Shown: one piece after another, positions 25,770 to 36,274 of the stretch
How positions within the stretch are numbered: the first letter of the stretch is position 1
How the letters are laid out: each line of letters starts with the position of its first letter
Source of the DNA: Hydrolagus affinis
Lineage: Eukaryota
Length of the DNA: 64,000 nucleotides
Direction: 5' to 3'
Assembly (NCBI GenBank): GCA_012026655.1
Contig: JAAILG010001363.1
Span: 1 to 64,000 of the forward strand
Program-made: the position numbers and the translations under genes
Notes under the pieces: generated by a model
Told to the model about the DNA's origin: nothing
Databases searched by the model: none
Seen by the model: only the letters and a program-made list of their open reading frames with translations

Positions 25770-26272
25770 CTCATCCAAAACTCTGCGGCTCGTGTCCTCT
25801 CCCGCACCAGGCTCCGTGACACCATCACTCCCACCCTCGCCCGGCTCCATTGGCTCCCCATCCCCCAGAGGATCAAATTCAAAATCCTCGTCCTCACCTT
25901 CAAGGCCATTCACGGCCTTGTCCCTTCTGACCTGCTGACTCCCTACCAACCTGCCGCCCCCTCCTTTCTGCTCCATGTCTCCCACCCGACCGGCCCTACC
26001 ATCGGTGGACGGGCTTTCAGCCTCTCTGCCCTCACACTCTGGAACTCCACGCCACAGTCCTTCATCTCGCTTCCTCCCTTGCCTCCTTCATGGCCGGTCT
26101 CAAGTCCCTCCCTTGCGATTGTGCCTTCTGACGCCCTCCCACCTCTCTCCCTACCCTCTCACCTCTCCTGCACCTCCCCCATGCTCAGGTCCCAAAAACT
26201 GTGACTGTTTAGCACCTTGGGACATCCTCCCGATGTGAAAGGCGCTCTTTAAATATAATTTTGTTGTTGTTG
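25770..26272 (+). mobile_element. L2-type LINE 3' fragment (ORF2 C-terminus plus 3' UTR)
   Basis: ORF 25752..26204 IQNSAARVLSRT..HWLPIPQRIKFKILVLTFKAIHGL..GGRAFS..LWNS is the typical L2 ORF2 C-terminus; (GTT)n tail. Confidence 0.9.
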
Positions 26273-27235
26273 CTGCGCAGATCTGACTTAATTCGCCACC
26301 GACCACTAACCTCCCATCTTCCCCCAACATAAAGGGTTTTCCTTCATGTGTTTATTATCAACTGTAGATTGTATGAGCTCAAGCATTCATGAAACATCTT
26401 GTTCAAGGCAGTGCAATTAATACACAGCAGTTTTCTGTCATTTTAAATTAAACTTCTGAAAACTACAGTGAGTTCTCTATGAAGACTGCCATCATGTTAA
26501 GTATCCAGGCTGAAGTATCCAGGAATGCCAGCATTTCCTGTGGTGTTTCTTTTAAAACAAATCTATTTTGTAATGATTTGAGATCTGAGAAACTATTTCT
26601 GCCGCAGAAATCCAGCAACCTGAACTTACTTTCCTCTGTTATAATTAGGGGTCCATTATTTTATGTTTATTAATTTTCTAATTTTCTCCCCATTGGCAAA
26701 TGTCTGCAAATGATTTGGCCTCCGCCCAACTACAAGCAGGAAGGCCGGCCGCCAATTTGTCCATCATTTCTCCCACTTGATTTTAGTTGAATTTTTGAAG
26801 ATCTTTTCAGCTCTCATAATTTCACCGCCTACATCACATGTGCAGGCAGCACCACTAACATCACTCGTAGAGATGACACAATTATATATTCCACCTTCTA
26901 AAGGTGGGAATACCTCACCTCGCCCGTGAGGCAATTATTATCTTGACAATTGCTTTGCGCAAGATGTGACCTTATGATTGGACTTTGGCCTATTTTGTTC
27001 AAAACAATAAAAAGTGTCAGAAAGAATTGTTTTCCTTTATTTGGGGAAAACTGAAGAATCCGATAAATACCACTGTTTACTGATAAAATTGAAAACTGTG
27101 AAGCCCTGTTATAATTGTACAGCAGTAGCTGAAACATTTACAGTTCTGCACATTTTTCCTAATGTATGTTGGACTTAGAATGCCTTTTGTTAGATGAACC
27201 AGAAAATTACATTTTCATAAGCTTATCTTTCTTAT

Positions 27236-27546
27236 TAATAATAATAATTCTTGCATTTGATACAGTGCTTTTTTCACCCCTTCTAGACGTCTCAAAGTGC
27301 TTCACAGAATACACTGTAAAGTGAATTGACTGTATATTTGTGGGCAAAACGAGGCAGCGAATTGCGCACAGCAATGTCCCACAAACAGTCATGGATTGAA
27401 ATGACCAATTTATTATTGTTTTTTTTGAGGGATTAATATTAGGCATGTGGAGTAAGGAAACTTGCCCAAGGTTTCACTCTGCCTGGAATTGAACCCAGAT
27501 CTCCCGCTTGTAAGGCACATGCTCTAACTATTGAGCTACAGGACTC
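27236..27546 (-). mobile_element. tRNA-headed SINE, full length
   Basis: Reverse complement aligns end to end with 40696-41005. Confidence 0.9.
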
Positions 27547-30190
27547 TGTAACACCTTATCATATTTTCAAGACTCGCAAAGGGCTTCACATGATTTTACT
27601 GTGAGCCACAAGCAGAAATGCTATCAACTGAGCCAGCCTGATCCCTGAATCCAATGTTTCCAGGGGACTGTGAGAGGAAATCCAGATAGCATTCCTGTTC
27701 CTGGTCCCTCTTCCACTCTCGGTATGCGTATGTTTGTGTTTTGTTTTTAAATTTAGTATATCCCAATTACTTTTTCTATTGTTCTCCCTATTGGCAAATA
27801 TTTCTCTGCAAACCATATGGCCTCTGCTCAACTGCAAGTAGGAAAGGCTGGCCACCAAGCTCTTAAACCTTCTATCCAAAAGAAAAAAATATTCAACGAT
27901 AATATTGTTGTGGTGCTTACGTCCTGTAATGCCTTGAACACTGGCATGTTTATTGAGCTACATTGATTTTCATGTACACACATTTAGGTAATTCACACAG
28001 AAACTTGCCTCGGGGAAATTCTAATTCCTTTAAGCTGCTCTCAAAGTGGAAGCGGGGGACGACATGCTATTTGTTTTCATTCTAATGCTTCAATACAGTG
28101 GGGAACAGGATCATTAACAAACACAGAAATACTGATCTGTTTGTTTCAAGGAACCTACAGCCTCCAGAGCTCAATGTTTCACCCGTAGTTTACTAGGAAT
28201 TGGGGCATTCAGGGAGAAGGTGTCCTCCACGCATGTGTTAAATGTTATTGCCAAGGGCGGTGCTCTTTAATTTTCTAATTTCTCTTTTTTTTCACTCGAG
28301 GTAACTGTTTGGCTACCTCAATGTTTCCTGTCGAGGTAACATATAGCTGGAAGGGAAGGAGAACCCTAATCATCTAGTCACAGCCTGTTAATAGGAACAA
28401 ACTGCTCTGAATGAGGCCTTCTCATTGAACAGATCATTCTATTATGCTAGGAGCAGCCTGTGCTTCGTGTCACACAAAGAGCGCTGCTCAGCAAGCCGAG
28501 GTGCTTGACAGTGATGGGTGGCTTTTTGTGAAGTCAGTGCCTTTATTTAAAAATAAAACCCTGAGATTGCCTTTCATTGTATTGTCGCACAGTGCTGACC
28601 GACACACTTCAAAGGCCCCAGACTTGGCATTGTCTTTGCATTGGTGTAAAACAGAGAGTGAGAGTGTTTGCCCCCGTGAACTTGAAACTCTCTAGGGCCT
28701 ATTGGAAATAGCATTTTAAAAGTGCCTTACCACAAGACACCTTAATTGCCACGCACCTAAAGACTGCATCATCCAATGTTGCAACAAAACCAAATGTTTT
28801 ACCGTGATTATGAGCAAGTAACTCTCATTTGGCCCACATATAGAAATACAGTCGCACTGCTTTACAGTATATCCTATGAAATACTTTGAGACATCTCAAT
28901 GGAATGATGAGGTGCTGTATCAAATGGAAGGATTGTTATTATTTATTTTACCACAGTTGAGTGTCAACCTTTGATTATGAACGCAAGTCCCCAAAACGGT
29001 ACAAAACAATTTATATGTGATGCTTCCAAGCTAGAACATTCTGACCCTCGGGTGGAGATGCTACCAACTGAACCGTGGGAGACCTGGTCAGTAATCTCAG
29101 CCGAACCTACATAAATTATGCTAAAAATCCCTCCCTGTTTGCACAACTCTTCTCCAAAAGGAGAAACAAAACAACTTGCATTGTATTTCTCCGTCCTGAC
29201 AGATAATCCCTTTTTTAAGCATTAACATAGTTTTGAAATCATACAAGTAAACAGAGGTGCGCTGCAGCTGGAGATAACAATGTACCCAATGTTTCCTTCT
29301 CTTTTGCTGAATTCAAAAGCAAGAGGTTGGTTGTTAAGGAGAAGGGGTGGGGGTGGTTGTCAATAAAACTGCTACATGTCAATATCTTAGCTTAATTGAG
29401 TGTTGCACAATTGATCTCTTTAGCACAATGTAATATTCTGTGTCTAGGTGCCAAACTATCTTTGACTAATTTTTCATGTAAATTAGGCAATTTGCATGAA
29501 ATCTATACATTTCTGTTCTGGCCTGTCAATGCTGCTTTAAAAAATAGGAGAGTCTTTAACATCAAACACGGGTAGAGGATATCCATCTGTTTGCAGTGTT
29601 TGCCTGGAGCCTTTTCACATAATGCAAAATACAAATTGTGGCTCTTTAATTGTTACCCCGCAGAAAGAGTGTAATCCTGACTAGAATTCATCTACGTACA
29701 TATACATTATATAGACACATACAGTAATGTGTGCATATACAAATGATAGTGAAATACCAAACCTGTAATGTAAATAATGAATTCTATTATGGTTGATATA
29801 GTATTCATGGTGGTGTTCAAACTTTTTATTTCCTAATAACCTGTAGTAATAGAACAGCTATGCCAATTACTGTAGTTTTAAGTTCAATCTCGGGAAGAGC
29901 TCTCCTGTATTGATCCAATAGTGGCTTCGGGATGTACTTTGGCGTAGTTTAAACACATCCAAAATAATAGCAATACAAGAAGGCTGTAATGGGGAGCATG
30001 GTTTCTTAACCTGAATTTCAATCAGTGCTGCTGCTTGCAAAGAAGTGCCAGGCACTAGAAGTTGACTTGTCTTTTGAAAACTTCCAAAAGGAAAGGTAGA
30101 AGCTCACAGTGAAATTTGGGAGAAATCTCGAGTTGATGACTTTAGAGCGCTAATGAAACGGTGGGGACTCAAACCCTCTGTAACTAGTTT

Positions 30191-30822
30191 CAGCTCACAC
30201 AGTGTGATCAAGCACAAGGCAAACATTGCAGTTTCTTTAGAGCGATTGGAACAAAGTTAAAAACACTTTGGGGATAAAATTTCCACCCAGGTCTAGAATT
30301 GCTCTTTTTTCGTAGTATTTCAGATGTCCAGAATGTGACAAGCAGGTTGAATTTTGATGCCATTTTTCTGTAAATTCTTTTAAGAACTACAGAAACCTGG
30401 CTTCAAAGTAAAGAACTGAATTAATCAATTGTCAAAGTAAATCCTCACCCAGGTGGTATTTCCCTCTGTTGTAGTTTCTTGTTGTTTTACTCTGTGCAGC
30501 TCTGTAGTCTATATTCAAAGCATGCAGTTGAACATTTGTGGTTCTCATTCATTCAGTGTAGTGCGTTAGTGCATCTAAAATGTACAAGTGTTTGCAGAAT
30601 ATGGTGTGTATTTGTTTTTGTATAGCCTCAAGCTATATTATTGACCATTCAAAACCTTAAATATAGCACCAAATCCAGCAAAGCTGGACCACTGAATTTT
30701 TGACGGAATGTCCCGCTCATGAACTTCAATACAGTTTCGGAGACCAACATTGCCTTTTTGGAACTGAAAGAAAAACTGAATGAAAAATGTTTGCCTTGTG
30801 CTTGATCACACTGTGTGAGCTG
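30191..30822. repeat. Perfect 37-bp inverted repeat (30191-30227 / 30786-30822) with 558-bp spacer
   Basis: CAGCTCACACAGTGTGATCAAGCACAAGGCAAACATT and its exact reverse complement, checked base by base. Confidence 0.92.
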
Positions 30823-31044
30823 GGACATTGCTGTGCGTGACTGTGCCGCCCAGTTTGCCTACAAATAAACAGTCACTCCATTTCACAGTGAATCCATTAA
30901 TAAGTATCAGCCTGGCTCGGTTGGTAGCATTCCACCGCCATGTGAACTGTCTTGAGTTCTGACAAGGAATTATTCTGAAAATAATAGAGAATGCACTGCT
31001 GATTTTAATCTAAAAATGAGAAACACATACTGTTCTGTACAAAC

Positions 31045-31405
31045 TGGCTCAGATGATAGTACTTTCAGGTTGTATTTCAGGCCCTGTAACTTGATACAGG
31101 GAGCACTGCTGTATAACATTCAGATGATATGTTTTAAACTAAGTTCTTGTCTGCTGTTCATGTGGATGTTGAAGATCCCATTATTCGAACAGAGAAGGGG
31201 GTTTCTCCCAGTGCCCTTAACAACTAATCCTCCGAATGTTTGGGTCATTCACTTCATCACTTGGTTGTGACATTGACAGGTGCAAACTGACTGCCGCGTT
31301 CAACTGCAACTACACAGTCTTTACAGTAAATCCTGTGAAATACTTTGAGACATCCTACCAATGGCAAAGACACTACATGATATGCAAGAATGATTGTTAT
31401 TATTC
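31045..31405 (+). mobile_element. Old long-form SINE (DeuSINE/SacSINE1-like)
   Basis: tggctcagatgatagtact head, tgtggatgttgaagatccca core, gtgcaaactgactgccgcgtt body, degenerate ATT tail. Confidence 0.6.
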
Positions 31406-32774
31406 ATAAAAGGCATCACATTTAACATCATTCTTGCCAATAATTGTTACAGTTAATGATTAATAGCTATGCATTAAAAAAAAATTCAACCGTTTACTCA
31501 AGGTCAGATTTGTTAAAGGAAAATTATAGGACCAAAAGAGATCTTAAGAAGTGATATTGGATGTGGAAAAAAAAGGATTTCCTCATATCTCAATGAACTA
31601 AATTCTACTTGCCTTGTTTTGCTTTATTAAGGTAGGGAACCAAGGTATTTTCACTTCCAAATTTCAACATCACATACAAAATGAAGTCAAGGGCACTGTA
31701 TCACAATGTGTATTTATTAATATATTTATCAATTTGTTATCAGTTATGTTCAGATGTAGCACAGATTAAATACATAGTAAACTCCCATTATAAGCCATCT
31801 GAAGCTTGCATGTCAAAACAGTGGCTTTTTGTTTTCTGCAATGAACCGTCATTATGGCCCTTTTGGAATGAACCATGACAATTTAGTACCAAATTATAGA
31901 CAGGTTTGCGCTATGCGCCCGCAGCTACAGAGCACTGGAATGAGCCTGTCCAACCTCGTTTCATCTCGGACCTGTAGTGCCATCAGACAGTAGAGACTTT
32001 CAACCTATCAGTCCAAATAGGAATCAAATCCAGGCCCTGAAGGTGAAAGGTCTTTCCAATTCAGTCCATTACTACTACAGCAGAGTTTATTTTTCTCCAC
32101 ATATCCTGGATGATACTCAGCCAAATAAAATTGGTCATTCGTTTCATGGCTTTTTGTGGGACATTGCCGTGCGTGATTGTGCTGCTCAATTTGCCTACCA
32201 ACAAACAGTCACTCCATTTCACAGTGAATCCTGCAAAGTGCTGTGAGACATGAAAAGGCACTAAACTGAATGCAAGGAATATAATGTTTTTCTTATTCAA
32301 TGCCAGACTGAAGAAGATTGTGTAAGGATGGCACTTCACTTCAGTAGCTATAATGAAACTGTTCAGTAATGAAAGGCTAAATCCCACTTGTATATTTTGT
32401 TGGCTTGCAATATTATTTTTCTTTCATATAATTGAAGATAAATTTTGTAGAATGTTCAAGTGATGCAAAAGATGCCACAAATGAGCTGAATTGCCTTCTC
32501 TTTGCACCTGAAGCTGATATTACTCATATGCTTAGCCTTGCGGCCGGCCATTCCCTTAAAACTAAGGTTGTGCAGAATATTGATGAATTCAACTCAATCT
32601 TCATTTGGAATCTGATTTTCTACAATTTTTCAACATGGCTATTTGTGGAACTTGCTGACGCAAAAGGCCGACACGTTTTCCTGCAAAACCAGTCACTACA
32701 CTATGGTTATGACAAGCAGAGTGCTTTGAGATATTTCTATCAAGCTCTCAAGAGATATATTTTGAAGTCCGGTT

Positions 32775-33015
32775 AATATGTATTTTGTGAACATGGTAGC
32801 CAATTTGCACACAGCAATGTCCCACAAACAGTAATGAAGTGACCAGGGGATTGTCGGCCCAGAAACTCTGTTCGCTTTTCAAATAGTGCCATGGGATCTA
32901 TAATGTTCATTTGAACAGATGGATAGGCCCTTGAATTAAAGCCGCATCTGTAAGACAACTTCTCCAAAAGTGCAGCATACCCTCAGCATTTGCTTAGAGT
33001 GTCAGCCTAGACAAT
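32775..33015 (-). mobile_element. Old long-form SINE fragment
   Basis: atggtagccaatttgcacacagcaatgtcccacaaacag...aatagtgccatgggatct...gagtgtcagcctaga. Confidence 0.65.
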
Positions 33016-34160
33016 GTGAATTAATGGATCTGATGGAATGGTAATGGACAAGGGTGGAACCCATTAAAATCTGTTCAAATTAAATCACTGAACCCCTGAA
33101 TCTGACTCAATTACTTTCAAGTCCCTACTTGAAGCTTCAACCCCAAACCTTTTTATTAAAAGGCGAGTGTGCCATCAATTGATATCATGATACCCCTTGA
33201 CGGTTCAACTTTGCAATGCAATTCAAAGGGAAAGAAGCTCTCCCCTCCCCCCCCCCCCACCCCCCACTACCTCCAACTCCATTTCCTGGGCCTGGGACAT
33301 TTTTCCAACATATTAAAATATCCATTCAGCAATTTCAATGTGCCAGCATTAAATCACTGATACTGCTGGTATATGAGAGGAACTAGGATGTAAGCGTCAA
33401 GCAGGGAGCCAAAATTTGGCACTGGAGAGTGATAAAAGTATGCAGATGAAATTATTTTTACTTGAGATGTTTGATGCAGGAATCTAGGCGATGAAAGGCG
33501 ATAAGGTGATCACAAATATTTACAGTATACATGAAACAGATAAACTTGACATGGAATTTAGAAAGGTTCTCTGCAGATTTTCGGGTACCTAAATCATCCA
33601 ATTCATGCAAACAAAAACAGTTTGTCTATTTCTGTGAAGTGGTGAAAATGTGCAATGAATAACAATTAACAAATGAAAAAACAGTGGTCAAGCAATTGAG
33701 TTAGATTTAGGGTCTCAGTGATTTAACTTGAGCAGATTTAATGGGTACCCAATTGTTCATTATTACCGTTCCATCAGACCTATTAATATCTGACAGTGAA
33801 TAATCTGGGTCCTGATGATGAGTGCTGTCTATTTATTTCTCTAATGGAGCAGTAATGATGGTGGTTATTATTCATTGCAACAAATTGGTGTAAAAGTGAG
33901 GTTAATTGTTAATGAAGAGGCTTTATTGGCTCGTCAGGAATGTAATGAATTGGAGGCTGGACTATCAGATACTGAGCATGGTATAACATAATGTAATCTT
34001 TAACAAATGAAAATGGTAAAAGTAACTAATAATAGAGATCCAAAGGAGAATTGAGTTTCTCCCAGTGTACTAGCTGTCGGAAAATTGGCACCCAAATATT
34101 ACTAGTCTATTGTTTGCAGATGCAATACATAGAACTAACATCACCCTCCATATCTCTTAT

Positions 34161-34490
34161 TCCTGTAGCTCAGTGGTTAGAGTATTTGCCTTTACAAGGT
34201 GAGACCTCTGTTCGAATCCAGGCAGGTCAGGGCGAAACCTCGGGCAAGTTTCCTTCCTCCACATACCTAATAATAATCCCTCCAAAAAAGACAATAATAA
34301 AATTGGTCATTTCAATCCACGCCTGTCTGTGGGACACTGTTGTGCGCAATTGGCTGCCGCATCCCGTCCACAAATATACAGTCAATTCACTTTACAATTT
34401 ATTGTGTGAAGCTCTTTGAGATGTCTAGAAAATGTGAAAAGCACTTTTATCGAATACAAGGATTATTATTATTATTAATATTATTATTAT
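34161..34490 (+). mobile_element. tRNA-headed SINE, full length
   Basis: A-box tagctcagtgg, B-box gttcgaatcc, shared body, (ATT)n tail. Confidence 0.9.
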
Positions 34491-35437
34491 CGGAGGTGCT
34501 ATGGTTCAGATGCAAAGTTCAACCAAGGCCTGTCTCATTAACGTATTCTTCTGGTGGATGCTAAAGATCCCACGCATCATTCAAAAATACAGGAATTTTC
34601 TCAGATTCTAATGGTTCATGGCTGTCCATGGGATACTTCTGTGGGCAAAATTGATATCATTTAGTTCCATAATAAAAGTTACTCTAGTAATATCCAACTG
34701 TAAAGCAAATCCTGTGAGGCACTTTGAAATATTTTGACTCAAGCTGGTGGTTTAAAATCTCACACTCTTCTTTATTTGGCCCATTGAGTCTGCATGGACT
34801 CTCATAGCAAAGTCTTATTTTAATTCCACAGCCCTGTGATAGCCCCATGCCAATTCTAGGCTCTTATCTTTCATACACAGTACTTGTCTCCTTCGCTCTT
34901 GAAAACCAAAATGGACTTTGTCTCTACCTCTGTACTTGCCAACAATTTCAATGTGCTATTTTGAGATTCCAAAAGATCAACACGGTATCTGAGAGTTAAA
35001 GGTTATTGTATCACAAACCAGCTCTAGGTCCATGGTGTTCTGTCATGAATAGATCCAAGCGAGTTGTCTCTGTATTCTGGAACAGAATTATTCTGTAAAT
35101 AATAGACTGCACTTTCAATTTCTAACTCAAAATTAGCAAGACAGATCAGGGATGTTGTCCATTCATAGAACTTCCTGTGAATTGATAAGATCTTTGTTGG
35201 CAACCGTGTCAGACTACATCCTGCGCTTCTATGCAGATTCAGCTATAGAACTGTATTAAAAAAGTTACACTGTCTTAAATACAATTGTAATCTGTTTCTT
35301 TCATGATCACACCAATGTTGATTGCTCCTGTTGAATGTTAACAGCTCAGATCATTTGCATGTGAAAAGCAGGAATGCAGTAATTTCCTTGCTCTGCGTGA
35401 TATTGTTCTGAAATGTCTATGTGTTTTATTTCTCAAG

Positions 35438-35464
35438 CACACTTTCTGGATAAAATAGTCAAAG
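35438..35464 (+). CDS. TENM3: Teneurin-3 alternative 27-nt microexon between EGF7 and EGF8 (AHFLDKIVK)
   Basis: ttttatttctcaag|CA CAC TTT CTG GAT AAA ATA GTC AAA G|gtactg; phase 1-1; 8/9 identical to the mammalian Ten3 site-A insert AHYLDKIVK as I recall it. Not in ORF track. Confidence 0.92.
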
Positions 35465-35552
35465 GTACTGTATGCCTTTTCCTTTCTTCTTGTTTGTTGT
35501 GCAGTCTTTGCACATAGAGTAAATAAGTAAACAGATACCTAACCCTCTATCG

Positions 35553-35575
35553 TCATCTCACTTTCATCCATTCAT
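35553..35575 (+). promoter_or_regulatory. YCAY cluster (candidate NOVA-binding intronic splicing enhancer)
   Basis: TCATcTCACttTCATCCATTCAT: five YCAY tetramers in 23 nt, about 90 nt downstream of the 27-nt microexon. Confidence 0.5.
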
Positions 35576-36253
35576 ATTTCTGGGATCGATAACGGGTGCA
35601 TTAACAAGGGCTTAATAGTGAATTATATCAGCAACACTTTTATCAGACGGTGTATCGTACAAGTCAATTAACAGAAATAGAATTGCACTCTTACACATTG
35701 TGGTACCTTTGTTAACCCACATACTGCAATATTTGAAAATTGCTGAAATGTAATTGAGAACAGTTAGTTCCTGGTAAGCACTATTACTGTAGTTACTGCT
35801 GGAAAAAAATAGGTCACAGAATACACCGTTTTTAAAGAGTAATTTTATCAGTAAAGAAGAAATCAATTGTAACAATGTCAAACATTGTTTTGAAGCGCTG
35901 CGTGAAACTGTTAAGTGGCTCAAAGCAAACTTGATATACGTTTTTAACGATCATGGCACCTCATCTCTCATTAATAGTATTTGTGTGCTTTAACAGCATT
36001 TCTGAAATATATATTCACTTTGAAAAAGTGTTTGTGGTGTTGCATTGCCAAACCTGGCCTATTTAAGATTAAAGCTTGGATAGTAGACCAGTGTTTCTGC
36101 GTTAAAAGGAGCAGCAGGGATTTTATTTAATTCACTCACATTTTTGTGATTGCAAGCATCCTTTTTTTTAATTCCATTTTTATAAATACAGATTCTGGAT
36201 GTGCCATTACTTTTTAATTGTGTTTCCAAATTTTTCCTCCTTGTCCATAATAG

Positions 36254-36274
36254 CAGACAAGATAGGATATAAAG
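36254..36274 (+). CDS. TENM3: Teneurin-3 alternative 21/18-nt microexon between EGF7 and EGF8 (ADKIGYK or DKIGYK; alternative start 36257)
   Basis: tttttcctccttgtccataatag|CAG|AC AAG ATA GGA TAT AAA G|gtaaag; tandem TAG/CAG acceptors; phase 1-1; matches the recalled second Ten3 site-A insert DKIGYK. Not in ORF track. Confidence 0.88.
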
